Origin: Flaccisagitta enflata
Taxonomy: Eukaryota
DNA length: 64,000 nt
Assembly (NCBI GenBank): GCA_965153355.1
Contig: OZ231126.1
Span: forward strand, 14,260,001-14,324,000
Direction: 5' to 3'
Under the pieces are notes generated by a model. It was not told the origin of the DNA. It ran no database searches and was given only the letters and a program-made list of their open reading frames with translations. Below, piece after piece: positions 1-15,000 of this stretch. The position numbers were made by a program, and so were the translations under genes. Numbering within the stretch: the stretch's first letter is position 1; each line of letters begins with the position of its first letter.

Positions 1-3000
1 TTCTAATTCTCCCCTGTGATAAAAAATCAAATTTGGGCCAAAAACTAAATGCTTTGAGGTATTTTTAGGGCTTGAAATCGGCCCATTAGAGCCATTTTTG
101 ACAATCTTGAAAATCGGAGGCTTCAAGAAGGTGTCATCTTTGAGAGCCAATAGCTTTTTATTGGAGAGAGATAATAGTTAGCTCTTTTTTTCAGATGAGA
201 GTACTCAAAAAGATCTTTCAAATAAGCACTGACTTTCCTCAAAAACTATTCTCCATTAGCGGATAATGACCTAACAAAGTCAACTGAGTACAGGGTTGCT
301 TCTTATAAGGATGTTAGGAAGCGAGCAGAGACCAGATTTGAGTATATGTGTTTTTTCCTTGGAGGGCAAAGGATTTGAGCTATTGAGTTGATTTTTTTTG
401 TGGATCTTCATATGAAGGCTATTGCTGATGCAATAAAATAACAATTTGTTGAGTCAAAAACAGATTTTTGAGGATTTTGAGCCTAACTAGTGTAAAATAT
501 GCGATTCTATTATGCGGTTCTGGCTGTTAAAATTCATCAAATACAGAGTAAATAGGTTATTTGAGGTTCAAAAAAGGGCTTGATTATGCTTAGAATTGAT
601 GTTAGAGATGATTTAGCCACTTTGGAGAAACTTCTACGCGGTCAGGAATTTTTAAAATCAATTTTAGTCAAACTCAACACTTTTTCTTTATATTTCTTCT
701 TATGGGTGTTGATAGCATAAGCAAGTAAAAAAAATGTACATTTAGATGTAATCTAGGGCCACTTTGCCTTTTTTCTGGTAATCAAACCATTCGTTGGCCT
801 TTTTGGGGTATCTGCACCACTTTTAGTTCAGAAAACAAAGTAGCAAGGCTCCTAAGAGAGTGCCATAATCTGCCGTTGGTCGCCGCCCACGGCCGGGCCT
901 ATTCCTAACAGTCTTATTAGGGGAAAATTAATCAAAATATGAATTTCTCGATTTTTCGCTCATTTATCAATGGAATTAGCTATTTCTAATTCTCCCCTGT
1001 GATAAAAAATCAAATTTGGGCCAAAAACTAAATGCTTTGAGGTATTTTTAGGGCTTGAAATCGGCCCATTAGAGCCATTTTTTGACAATCTTGAAAATCG
1101 GAGGCTTCAAGAAGGTGTCATCTTTGAGAGCCAATAGCTTTTTATTGGAGAGAGATAATAGTTAGCTCTTTTTTTGATGAGAGTACTCAAAAAGATCTTT
1201 CAAATAAGCACTGACTTTCCTCAAAAACTATTCTCCATTAGCGGATAATGACCTAACAAAGTTAACTGAGTACAGGGTTGCTTCTTATAAGGATGTTAGG
1301 AAGCGAGCAGAGACCAGATTTGAGTATATGTGTTTTTTCCTTGGAGGGCAAAGGATTTGAGCTATTGAGTTGATTTTTTTTGTGGATCTTCAATGGAAGG
1401 CTATTGCTGATGCAATAAAATAACAATTTGTTGAGTCAAAAACAGATTTTTGAGGATTTTGAGCCTAACTAGTGTAAAATATGCGATTCTATTATGCGGT
1501 TCTGGCTGTTAAAATTCATCAAATACAGAGTAAATAGCTTATTTGAGGTTCAAAAAGGGCTTGATTATGCTTAGAATTGATGTTAGAGATGATTTAGCCA
1601 CTTTGGAGAAACTTCTACGCGGTCAGGAATTTTTAAAATCAATTTTAGTCAAACTCAACACTTTTTCTTTATATTTCTTCTTATGGGTGTTGATAGCATA
1701 AGCAAGTAAAAAAATGTACATTTAGATGTAATCTAGGGCCACTTTGCCTTTTTTCTGGTAATCAAACCATTCGTTGGCCTTTTGGGGGTATCTGCACCAC
1801 TTTTAGTTCAGAAAACAAAGTAGCAAGGCTCCTAAGAGAGTGCCATAATCTGCCGTTGGTCGCCGCCCACGGCCGGGCCTATTCCTAACAGTCTTATTAG
1901 GGGGAAAATTAATCAAAATATGAATTTCTCGATTTTTCGCTCATCTATCAATGGAATTAGCTATTTCTAATTCTCCCCTGTGATAAAAAATCAAATTTGG
2001 GCCAAAAACTAAATGCTTTGAGGTATTTATAGGGCTTGAAATCGGCCCATTAGAGCCATTTTTTGACAATCTTGAAAATCGGAGGCTTCAAGAAGGTGTC
2101 ATCTTTGAGAGCCAATAGCTTTTTATTGGAGAGAGATAATAGTTAGCTCTTTTTTCAGATGAGAGTACTCAAAAAGATCTTTCAAATAAGCACTGACTTT
2201 CCTCAAAAACTATTCTCCATTAGCGGATAATGACCTAACAAAGTTAACTGAGTACAGGGTTGCTTCTTATAAGGATGTTAGGAAGCGAGCAGAGACCAGA
2301 TTTGAGTATATGTGTTTTTTCCTTGGAGGGCAAAGGATTTGAGCTATTGAGTTGATTTTTTTTGTGGATCTTCATTGGAAGGCTATTGCTGATGCAATAA
2401 AATAACAATTTGTTGAGTCAAAAACAGATTTTTGAGGATTTTGAGCCTAACTAGTGTAAAATATGCGATTCTATTATGCGGTTCTGGCTGTTAAAATTCA
2501 TCAAATACAGAGTAAATAGGTTATTTGAGGTTCAAAAAAGGGCTTGATTATGCTTAGAATTGATGTTAGAGATGATTTAGCCACTTTGGAGAAACTTCTA
2601 CGCGGTCAGGAATTTTTAAAATCAATTTTAGTCAAACTCAACACTTTTTCTTTATATTTCTTCTTATGGGTGTTGATAGCATAAGCAAGTAAAAATGTAC
2701 ATTTAGATGTAATCTAGGGCCACTTTGCCTTTTTTCTGGTAATCAAACCATTCGTTGGCCTTTTGGGGGTATCTGCACCACTTTTAGTTCAGAAAACAAA
2801 GTAGCAAGGCTCCTAAGAGAGTGCCATAATCTGCCGTTGGTCGCCGCCCACGGCCGGGCCTATTCCTAACAGTCTTATTAGAGGGAAAATTAATCAAAAT
2901 ATGAATTTCTTGATTTTTCGCTCATTTATCAATGGAATTAGCTATTTCTAATTCTCCCCTGTGATAAAAAATCAAATTTGGGCCAAAAACTAAATGCTTT

Positions 3001-6000
3001 GAGGTATTTTTAGGGCTTGAAATCGGCCCATTAGAGCCATTTTTTGACAATCTTGAAAATCGGAGGCTTCAAGAAGGTGTCATCTTTGAGAGCCAATAGC
3101 TTTTTATTGGAGAGAGATAGTAGTTAGCTCTTTTTTTCAGATGAGAGTACTCAAAAAGATCTTTCAAATAAGCACTGATTTTCCTCAAAAACTATTCTCC
3201 ATTAGCAGATAATGACCTAACAAAGTTAACTGAGTACAGGGTTGCTTCTTATAAGGATGTTAGGAAGCGAGCAGAGACCAGATTTGAGTATATGTGTTTT
3301 TTCCTTGGAGGGCAAAGGATTTGAGCTATTGAGTTGATTTTTTTTGTGGATCTTCATTGGAAGGCTATTGCTGATGCAATAAAATAACAATTTGTTGAGT
3401 CAAAAACAGATTTTTGAGGATTTTGAGCCTAACTAGTGTAAAATATGCGATTCTATTATGCGGTTCTGGCTGTTAAAATTCATCAAATACAGAGTAAATA
3501 GGTTATTTGAGGTTCAAAAAAGGGCTTGATTATGCTTAGAATTGATGTTAGAGATGATTTAGCCACTTTGGAGAAACTTCTACGCGGTCAGGAATTTTTA
3601 AAATCAATTTTAGTCAAACTCAACACTTTTTCTTTATATTTCTTCTTATGGGTGTTGATAGCATAAGCAAGTAAAAAAAATGTACATTTAGATGTAATCT
3701 AGGGCCACTTTGCCTTTTTCTGGTAATCAAACCATTCGTTGGCCTTTTGGGGTATCTGCACCTTTTAGTTCAGAAAACAAAGTAGCAAGGCTCCTAAGAG
3801 AGTGCCATAATCTGCCGTTGGTCGCCGCCCACGGCCGGGCCTATTCCTAACAGTCTTATTAGAGGGAAAATTAATCAAAATATGAATTTCTTGATTTTTC
3901 GCTCATTTATCAATGGAATTAGCTATTTCTAATTCTCCCCTGTGATAAAAAATCAAATTTGGGCCAAAAACTAAATGCTTTGAGGTATTTATAGGGCTTG
4001 AAATCGGCCCATTAGAGCCATTTTTTGACAATTTTGAAATCGGAGGCTTCAAGAAGGTGTCATCTTTGAGAGCCAATAGCTTTTTATTGGAGAGAGATAG
4101 TAGTTAGCTCTTTTTTTCAGATGAGAGTACTCAAAAAGATCTTTCAAATAAGCACTGATTTTCCTCAAAAACTATTCTCCATTAGCAGATAATGACCTAA
4201 CAAAGTTAACTGAGTACAGGGTTGCTTCTTATAAGGATGTTAGGAAGCGAGCAGAGACCAGATTTGAGTATATGTGTTTTTTCCTTGGAGGGCAAAGGAT
4301 TTGAGCTATTGAGTTGATTTTTTTGTGGATCTTCATTGGAAGGCTATTGCTGATGCAATAAAATAACAATTTGTTGAGTCAAAAACAGATTTTTGAGGAT
4401 TTTGAGCCTAACTAGTGTAAAATATGCGATTCTATTATGCGGTTCTGGCTGTTAAAATTCATCAAATACAGAGTAAATAGGTTATTTGAGGTTCAAAAAA
4501 GGGCTTGATTATGCTTAGAATTGATGTTAGAGATGATTTAGCCACTTTGGAGAAACTTCTACGCGGGTCAGGAATTTTTAAAATCAATTTTAGTCAAACT
4601 CAACACTTTTTCTTTATATTTCTTCTTATGGGTGTTGATAGCATAAGCAAGTAAAAAAAATGTACATTTAGATGTAATCTAGGGCCACTTTGGCTTTTTT
4701 CTGGTAATCAAACCATTTCTTGGCCTTTTGGGGGTCTCTGCACCAGTTTTGGTTCAGAAAACAAAGTAGCAAGGCTCCTAAGAGAGTGCCATAATCTGCC
4801 GTTGGTCGCCGCCCACGGCCGGGCCTATTCCTAACAGTCTTATTAGAGGGAAAATTAATCAAAATATGAATTTCTTGATTTTTCGCTCATTCATCAATGG
4901 AATTAGCTATTTCTAATTCTCCCCTGTGATAAAAAATCAAATTTGGGCCAAAAACTAAATGCTTTGAGGTATTTTAGGGCTTGAAATCGGCCCATTAGAG
5001 CCATTTTTTGACAATCTTGAAAATTGGAGGCTTCAAGAAGGTGTCATCTTTGAGAGCCAATAGCTTTTTATTGGAGAGAGATAGTAGTTAGCTCTTTTTT
5101 TCAGATGAGAGTACTCAAAAAGATCTTTCAAATAAGCACTGATTTTCCTCAAAAACTATTCTCCATTAGCAGATAATGACCTAACAAAGTTAACTGAGTA
5201 CAGGGTTGCTTCTTATAAGGATGTTAGGAAGCGAGCAGAGACCAGATTTGAGTATATGTGTTTTTTCCTTGGAGGGCAAAGGATTTGAGCTATTGAGTTG
5301 ATTTTTTTTGTGGATCTTCATTGGAAGGCTATTGCTGATGCAATAAAATAACAATTTGTTGAGTCAAAAACAGATTTTTGAGGATTTTGAGCCTAACTAG
5401 TGTAAAATATGCGATTCTATTATGCGGTTCTGGCTGTTAAAATTCATCAAATACAGAGTAAATAGGTTATTTGAGGTTCAAAAAAGGGCTTGATTATGCT
5501 TAGAATTGATGTTAGAGATGATTTAGCCACTTTGGAGAAACTTCTACGTGGTCAGGAATTTTTAAAATCAATTTTAGTCAAACTCAACACTTTTTCTTTA
5601 TATTTCTTCTTATGGGTGTTGATAGCATAACAAGTAAAAAAAATGTACATTTAGATGTAATCTAGGGCCACTTTGCTTTTTTCTGGTAATCAAACCATTC
5701 GTTGGCCTTTTTGGGGTTTGCACCACTTTTAGTTCAGAAAACAAAGTAGCAAGGCTCCTAAGAGAGTGCCATAATCTGCCGTTGGTCGCCGCCCACGGCC
5801 GGGCCTATTCCTAACAGTCTTATTAGGGGGAAAATTAATCAAAATATGAATTTCTCGATTTTTCGCTCATCTATCAATGGAATTAGCTATTTCTAATTCT
5901 CCCCTGTGATAAAAAATCAAATTTGGGCCAAAAACTAAATGCTTTGAGGTATTTATAGGGCTTGAAATCGGCCCATTAGAGCCATTTTTTGACAATTTTG

Positions 6001-9000
6001 AAAATCGGAGGCTTCAAGAAGGTGTCATCTTTGAGAGCCAATAGCTTTTTATTGGAGAGAGATAGTAGTTAGCTCTTTTTTTCAGATGAGAGTTCTCAAA
6101 AAGATCTTTCAAATAAGCACTGATTTTCCTCAAAAACTATTCTCCATTAGCAGATAATGACCTAACAAAGTTAACTGAGTACAGGGTTGCTTCTTATAAG
6201 GATGTTAGGAAGCGAGCAGAGACCAGATTTGAGTATATGTGTTTTTTCCTTGGAGGGCAAAGGATTTGAGCTATTGAGTTGATTTTTTTTGTGGATCTTC
6301 ATTGGAAGGCTATTGCTGATGCAATAAAATAACAATTTGTTGAGTCAAAAACAGATTTTTGAGGATTTTGAGCCTAACTAGTGTAAAATATGCGATTCTA
6401 TTATGCGGTTCTGGCTGTTAAAATTCATCAAATACAGAGTAAATAGGTTATTTGAGGTTCAAAAAAGGGCTTGATTATGCTTAGAATTGATGTTAGAGAT
6501 GATTTAGCCACTTTGGAGAAACTTCTACGCGGTCAGGAATTTTTAAAATCAATTTTAGTCAAACTCAACACTTTTTCTTTATATTTCTTCTTATGGGTGT
6601 TGATAGCATAAGCAAGTAAAAAAAATGTACATTTAGATGTAATCTAGGGCCACTTTGCCTTTTTTCTGGTAATCAAACCATTCGTTGGCCTTTTGGGGGT
6701 ATCTGCACCACTTTTAGTTCAGAAAACAAAGTAGCAAGGCTCCTAAGAGAGTGCCATAATCTGCCGTTGGTCGCCGCCCACGGCCGGGCCTATTCCTAAC
6801 AGTCTTATTAGGGGGAAAATTAATCAAAATATGAATTTCTCGATTTTTCGCTCATCTATCAATGGAATTAGCTATTTCTAATTCTCCCCTGTGATAAAAA
6901 ATCAAATTTGGGCCAAAAACTAAATGCTTTGAGGTATTTTTAGGGCTTGAAATCGGCCCATTAGAGCCATTTTTGACAATCTTGAAAATCGGAGGCTTCA
7001 AGAAGGTGTCATCTTTGAGAGCCAATAGCTTTTTATTGGAGAGAGATAGTAGTTAGCTCTTTTTTTCAGATGAGAGTACTCAAAAAGATCTTTCAAATAA
7101 GCACTGATTTTCCTCAAAAACTATTCTCCATTAGCGGATAATGACCTAACAAAGTTAACTGAGTACAGGGTTGCTTCTTATAAGGATGTTAGGAAGCGAG
7201 CAGAGACCAGATTTGAGTATATGTGTTTTTTCCTTGGAGGGCAAAGGATTTGAGCTATTGAGTTGATTTTTTTGTGGATCTTCAATGGAAGGCTATTGCT
7301 GATGCAATAAAATAACAATTTGTTGAGTCAAAAACAGATTTTTGAGGATTTTGAGCCTAACTAGTGTAAAATATGCGATTCTATTATGCGGTTCTGGCTG
7401 TTAAAATTCATCAAATACAGAGTAAATAGGTTATTTGAGGTTCAAAAAGGGCTTGATTATGCTTAGAATTGATGTTAGAGATGATTTAGCCACTTTGGAG
7501 AAACTTCTACGCGGTCAGGAATTTTTAAAATCAATTTTAGTCAAACTCAACACTTTTTCTTTATATTTCTTCTTATGGGTGTTGATAGCATAAGCAAGTA
7601 AAAAAATGTACATTTAGATGTAATCTAGGGCCACTTTGCCTTTTTTCTGGTAATCAAACCATTCGTTGGCCTTTTGGGGGTATCTGCACCACTTTTAGTT
7701 CAGAAAACAAAGTAGCAAGGCTCCTAAGAGAGTGCCATAATCTGCCGTTGGTCGCCGCCCACGGCCGGGCCTATTCCTAACAGTCTTATTAGGGGGAAAA
7801 TTAATCAAAATATGAATTTCTCGATTTTTCGCTCATCTATCAATGGAATTAGCTATTTCTAATTCTCCCCTGTGATAAAAAATCAAATTTGGGCCAAAAA
7901 CTGAATGCTTTGAGGTATTTTTAGGGCTTGAAATTGGCCCATTAGAGCCATTTTTTGACAATCTTGAAATTCGGAGGCTTGAAGAAGGTGTCATCTTTGA
8001 GAGCCAATAGCTTTTTATTGGAGAGAGATAATAGTTAGCTCTTTTTTTCAGATGAGAGTACTCAAAAAGATCTTTCAAATAAGCACTGACTTTCCTCAAA
8101 AACTATTCTCCATTAGCGGATAATGACCTAACAAAGTTAACTGAGTACAGGGTTGCTTCTTATAAGGATGTTAGGAAGCGAGCAGAGACCAGATTTGAGT
8201 ATATGTGTTTTTTCCTTGGAGGGCAAAGGATTTGAGCTATTGAGTTGATTTTTTTGTGGATCTTCAATGGAAGGCTATTGCTGATGCAATAAAATAACAA
8301 TTTGTTGAGTCAAAAACAGATTTTTGAGGATTTTGAGCCTAACTAGTGTAAAATATGCGATTCTATTATGCGGTTCTGGCTGTTAAAATTCATCAAATAC
8401 AGAGTAAATAGGTTATTTGAGGTTCAAAAAAGGGCTTGATTATGCTTAGAATTGATGTTAGAGATGATTTAGCCACTTTGGAGAAACTTCTACGCGGTCA
8501 GGAATTTTTAAAATCAATTTTAGTCAAACTCAACACTTTTTCTTTATATTTCTTCTTATGGGTGTTGATAGCATAAGCAAGTAAAAAAAATGTACATTTA
8601 GATGTAATCTAGGGCCACTTTGCCTTTTTTCTGGTAATCAAACCATTCGTTGGCCTTTTGGGGGTATCTGCACCACTTTTAGTTCAGAAAACAAAGTAGC
8701 AAGGCTCCTAAGAGAGTGCCATAATCTGCCGTTGGTCGCCGCCCACGGCCTATTCCTAACAGTCTTATTAGGGGGAAAATTAATCAAAATATGAATTTCT
8801 CGATTTTTCGCTCATCTATCAATGGAATTAGCTATTTCTAATTCTCCCCTGTGATAAAAAATCAAATTTGGGCCAAAAACTAAATGCTTTGAGGTATTTT
8901 TAGGGCTTGAAATCGGCCCATTAGAGCCATTTTTTGACAATCTTGAAAATCGGAGGCTTCAAGAAGGTGTCATCTTTGAGAGCCAATAGCTTTTTATTGG

Positions 9001-12000
9001 AGAGAGATAATAGTTAGCTCTTTTTTTCAGATGAGAGTACTCAAAAAGATCTTTCAAATAAGCACTGACTTTCCTCAAAAACTATTCTCCATTAGCGGAT
9101 AATGACCTAACAAAGTTAACTGAGTACAGGGTTGCTTCTTATAAGGATGTTAGGAAGCGAGCAGAGACCAGATTTGAGTATATGTGTTTTTTCCTTGGAG
9201 GGCAAAGGATTTGAGCTATTGAGTTGATTTTTTTTGTGGATCTTCATTGGAAGGCTATTGCTGATGCAATAAAATAACAATTTGTTGAGTCAAAAACAGA
9301 TTTTTGAGGATTTTGAGCCTAACTAGTGTAAAATATGCGATTCTATTATGCGGTTCTGGCTGTTAAAATTCATCAAATACAGAGTAAATAGGTTATTTGA
9401 GGTTCAAAAAAGGGCTTGATTATGCTTAGAATTGATGTTAGAGATGATTTAGCCACTTTGGAGAAACTTCTACGCGGTCAGGAATTTTTAAAATCAATTT
9501 TAGTCAAACTCAACACTTTTTCTTTATATTTCTTCTTATGGGTGTTGATAGCATAAGCAAGTAAAAAAAATGTACATTTAGATGTAATCTAGGGCCACTT
9601 TGCCTTTTTTCTGGTAATCAAACCATTCGTTGGCCTTTTGGGGGTATCTGCACCACTTTTAGTTCAGAAAACAAAGTAGCAAGGCTCCTAAGAGAGTGCC
9701 ATAATCTGCCGTTGGTCGCCGCCCACGGCCGGGCCTATTCCTAACAGTCTTATTAGGGGGAAAATTAATCAAAATATGAATTTCTCGATTTTTCGCTCAT
9801 CTATCAATGGAATTAGCTATTTCTAATTCTCCCCTGTGATAAAAAATCAAATTTGGGCCAAAAACTAAATGCTTTGAGGTATTTTTAGGGCTTGAAATTG
9901 GCCCATTAGAGCCATTTTTTGACAATCTTGAAAATCGGAGGCTTCAAGAAGGTGTCATCTTTGAGAGCCAATAGCTTTTTATTGGAGAGAGATAATAGTT
10001 AGCTCTTTTTTTCAGATGAGAGTACTCAAAAAGATCTTTCAAATAAGCACTGATTTTCCTCAAAAACTATTCTCCATTAGCAGATAATGACCTAACAAAG
10101 TTAACTGAGTACAGGGTTGCTTCTTATAAGGATGTTAGGAAGCGAGCAGAGACCAGATTTGAGTATATGTGTTTTTTCCTTGGAGGGCAAAGGATTTGAG
10201 CTATTGAGTTGATTTTTTTGTGGATCTTCAATGGAAGGCTATTGCTGATGCAATAAGATAACAATTTGTTGAGTCAAAAACAGATTTTTGAGGATTTTGA
10301 GCCTAACTAGTGTAAAATATGCGATTCTATTATGCGGTTCTGGCCATTAAAATTCATCAAATACAGAATAAATAGGTTATTTGAGGTTCAAAAAGGGGCT
10401 TGATTATGCTTAGAATTGATGTTAGAGATGATTTAGCCACTTTGGAGAAACTTCTACGCGGTCAGGAATTTTTAAAATCAATTTTAGTCAAACTCAACAC
10501 TTTTTCTTTATATTTCTTCTTATGGGTGTTGATAGCATAAGCAAGTAAAAAAAATGTACATTTAGATGTAATCTAGGGCCACTTTGGCTTTTTTCTGGTA
10601 ATCAAACCATTCGTTGGCCTTTTGGGGGTATCTGCACCAGTTTTAGTTCAGAAAACAAAGTAGCAAGGCTCCTAAGAGAGTGCCATAATCTGCCGTTGGT
10701 CGCCGCCCACGGCCGGGCCTATTCCTAACAGTCTTATTAGGGGAAAATTAATCAAAATATGAATTTCTCGATTTTTCGCTCATCTATCAATGGAATTAGC
10801 TATTTCTAATTCTCCCCTGTGATAAAAAATCAAATTTGGGCCAAAAACTAAATGCTTTGAGGTATTTTTAGGGCTTGAAATCGGCCCATTAGAGCCATTT
10901 TTTGACAATCTTGAAAATCGGAGGCTTCAAGAAGGTGTCATCTTTGAGAGCCAATAGCTTTTTATTGGAGAGAGATAATAGTTAGCTCTTTTTTCAGATG
11001 AGAGTACTCAAAAAGATCTTTCAAATAAGCACTGACTTTCCTCAAAAACTATTCTCCATTAGCGGATAATGACCTAACAAAGTTAACTGAGTACAGGGTT
11101 GCTTCTTATAAGGATGTTAGGAAGCGAGCAGAGACCAGATTTGAGTATATGTGTTTTTTCCTTGGAGGGCAAAGGATTTGAGCTATTGAGTTGATTTTTT
11201 TTGTGGATCTTCATTGGAAGGCTATTGCTGATGCAATAAAATAACAATTTGTTGAGTCAAAAACAGATTTTTGAGGATTTTGAGCCTAACTAGTGTAAAA
11301 TATGCGATTCTATTATGCGGTTCTGGCTGTTAAAATTCATCAAATACAGAGTAAATAGGTTATTTGAGGTTCAAAAAAGGGCTTGATTATGCTTAGAATT
11401 GATGTTAGAGATGATTTAGCCACTTTGGAGAAACTTCTACGCGGTCAGGAATTTTTAAAATCAATTTTAGTCAAACTCAACACTTTTTCTTTATATTTCT
11501 TCTTATGGGTGTTGATAGCATAAGCAAGTAAAAAAAATGTACATTTAGATGTAATCTAGGGCCACTTTGCCTTTTTTCTGGTAATCAAACCATTCGTTGG
11601 CCTTTTGGGGGTATCTGCACCACTTTTAGTTCAGAAAACAAAGTAGCAAGGCTCCTAAGAGAGTGCCATAATCTGCCGTTGGTCGCCGCCCACGGCCGGG
11701 CCTATTCCTAACAGTCTTATTAGGGGGAAAATTAATCAAAATATGAATTTCTCGATTTTTCGCTCATCTATCAATGGAATTAGCTATTTCTAATTCTCCC
11801 CTGTGATAAAAAATCAAATTTGGGCCAAAAACTAAATGCTTTGAGGTATTTTAGGGCTTGAAATCGGCCCATTAGAGCCATTTTTTGACAATCTTGAAAA
11901 TTGGAGGCTTCAAGAAGGTGTCATCTTTGAGAGCCAATAGCTTTTTATTGGAGAGAGATAGTAGTTAGCTCTTTTTTTCAGATGAGAGTACTCAAAAAGA

Positions 12001-15000
12001 TCTTTCAAATAAGCACTGATTTTCCTCAAAAACTATTCTCCATTAGCAGATAATGACCTAACAAAGTTAACTGAGTACAGGGTTGCTTCTTATAAGGATG
12101 TTAGGAAGCGAGCAGAGACCAGATTTGAGTATATGTGTTTTTTCCTTGGAGGGCAAAGGATTTGAGCTATTGAGTTGATTTTTTTGTGGATCTTCAATGG
12201 AAGGCTATTGCTGATGCAATAAAATAACAATTTGTTGAGTCAAAAACAGATTTTTGAGGATTTTGAGCCTAACTAGTGTAAAATATGCGATTCTATTATG
12301 CGGTTCTGGCTGTTAAAATTCATCAAATACAGAGTAAATAGGTTATTTGAGGTTCAAAAAAGGGCTTGATTATGCTTAGAATTGATGTTAGAGATGATTT
12401 AGCCACTTTGGAGAAACTTCTACGCGGTCAGGAATTTTTAAAATCAATTTTAGTCAAACTCAACACTTTTTCTTTATATTTCTTCTTATGGGTGTTGATA
12501 GCATAAGCAAGTAAAAAAATGTACATTTAGATGTAATCTAGGGCCACTTTGCCTTTTTTCTGGTAATCAAACCATTCGTTGGCCTTTTGGGGGTATCTGC
12601 ACCACTTTTAGTTCAGAAAACAAAGTAGCAAGGCTCCTAAGAGAGTGCCATAATCTGCCGTTGGTCGCCGCCCACGGCCGGGCCTATTCCTAACAGTCTT
12701 ATTAGAGGGAAAATTAATCAAAATATGAATTTCTTGATTTTTCGCTCATTTATCAATGGAATTAGCTATTTCTAATTCTCCCCTGTGATAAAAAATCAAA
12801 TTTGGGCCAAAAACTAAATGCTTTGAGGTATTTATAGGGCTTGAAATCGGCCCATTAGAGCCATTTTTTGACAATCTTGAAAATCGGAGGCTTCAAGAAG
12901 GTGTCATCTTTGAGAGCCAATAGCTTTTTATTGGAGAGAGATAGTAGTTAGCTCTTTTTTTCAGATGAGAGTACTCAAAAAGATCTTTCAAATAAGCACT
13001 GATTTTCCTCAAAAACTATTCTCCATTAGCAGATAATGACCTAACAAAGTTAACTGAGTACAGGGTTGCTTCTTATAAGGATGTTAGGAAGCGAGCAGAG
13101 ACCAGATTTGAGTATATGTGTTTTTTCCTTGGAGGGCAAAGGATTTGAGCTATTGAGTTGATTTTTTTTGTGGATCTTCATTGGAAGGCTATTGCTGATG
13201 CAATAAAATAACAATTTGTTGAGTCAAAAACAGATTTTTGAGGATTTTGAGCCTAACTAGTGTAAAATATGCGATTCTATTATGCGGTTCTGGCTGTTAA
13301 AATTCATCAAATACAGAGTAAATAGGTTATTTGAGGTTCAAAAAAGGGCTTGATTATGCTTAGAATTGATGTTAGAGATGATTTAGCCACTTTGGAGAAA
13401 CTTCTACGCGGTCAGGAATTTTTAAAATCAATTTTAGTCAAACTCAACACTTTTTCTTTATATTTCTTCTTATGGGTGTTGATAGCATAAGCAAGTAAAA
13501 AAAATGTACATTTAGATGTAATCTAGGGCCACTTTGCCTTTTTCTGGTAATCAAACCATTCGTTGGCCTTTTGGGGGTATCTGCACCACTTTTAGTTCAG
13601 AAAACAAAGTAGCAAGGCTCCTAAGAGAGTGCCATAATCTGCCGTTGGTCGCCGCCCACGGCCGGGCCTATTCCTAACAGTCTTATTAGGGGGAAAATTA
13701 ATCAAAATATGAATTTCTCGATTTTTCGCTCATCTATCAATGGAATTAGCTATTTCTAATTCTCCCCTGTGATAAAAAATCAAATTTGGGCCAAAAACTA
13801 AATGCTTTGAGGTATTTTAGGGCTTGAAATCGGCCCATTAGAGCCATTTTTTGACAATCTTGAAAATCGGAGGCTTCAAGAAGGTGTCATCTTTGAGAGC
13901 CAATAGCTTTTTATTGGAGAGAGATAATAGTTAGCTCTTTTTTTCAGATGAGAGTACTCAAAAAGATCTTTCAAATAAGCACTGACTTTCCTCAAAAACT
14001 ATTCTCCATTAGCGGATAATGACCTAACAAAGTTAACTGAGTACAGGGTTGCTTCTTATAAGGATGTTAGGAAGCGAGCAGAGACCAGATTTGAGTATAT
14101 GTGTTTTTTCCTTGGAGGGCAAAGGATTTGAGCTATTGAGTTGATTTTTTTGTGGATCTTCAATGGAAGGCTATTGCTGATGCAATAAAATAACAATTTG
14201 TTGAGTCAAAAACAGATTTTTGAGGATTTTGAGCCTAACTAGTGTAAAATATGCGATTCTATTATGCGGTTCTGGCTGTTAAAATTCATCAAATACAGAG
14301 TAAATAGCTTATTTGAGGTTCAAAAAAGGGCTTGATTATGCTTAGAATTGATGTTAGAGATGATTTAGCCACTTTGGAGAAACTTCTACGCGGTCAGGAA
14401 TTTTTAAAATCAATTTTAGTCAAACTCAACACTTTTTCTTTATATTTCTTCTTATGGGTGTTGATAGCATAAGCAAGTAAAAAAAATGTACATTTAGATG
14501 TAATCTAGGGCCACTTTGCCTTTTTTTCTGGTAATCAAACCATTCGTTGGCCTTTTGGGGGTATCTGCACCACTTTTAGTTCAGAAAACAAAGTAGCAAG
14601 GCTCCTAAGAGAGTGCCATAATCTGCCGTTGGTCGCCGCCCACGGCCGGGCCTATTCCTAACAGTCTTATTAGGGGGAAAATTAATCAAAATATGAATTT
14701 CTCGATTTTTCGCTCATCTATCAATGGAATTAGCTATTTCTAATTCTCCCCTGTGATAAAAAATCAAATTTGGGCCAAAAACTAAATGCTTTGAGGTATT
14801 TTTAGGGCTTGAAATCGGCCCATTAGAGCCATTTTTGACAATCTTGAAAATCGGAGGCTTCAAGAAGGTGTCATCTTTGAGAGCCAATAGCTTTTTATTG
14901 AGAGAGATAATAGTTAGCTCTTTTTTTCAGATGAGAGTACTCAAAAAGATCTTTCAAATAAGCACTGACTTTCCTCAAAAACTATTCTCCATTAGCGGAT

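Noticed and set aside
318..352. U6 snRNA-like words on the minus strand of the satellite unit (CACATATACTCAAAT and TGCTCGCTTC)
   Set aside because: The two words are in the reverse order relative to U6, and the ACAGAGA box region and 3' stem are absent; treated as chance. No 5S rRNA, tRNA or histone sequence is recognisable in the unit either.
4668..8099. ORFs 4668-4862 and 7833-8099 within the satellite
   Set aside because: Each is open in only one of 16 units owing to private SNPs or indels, and neither has protein motifs.
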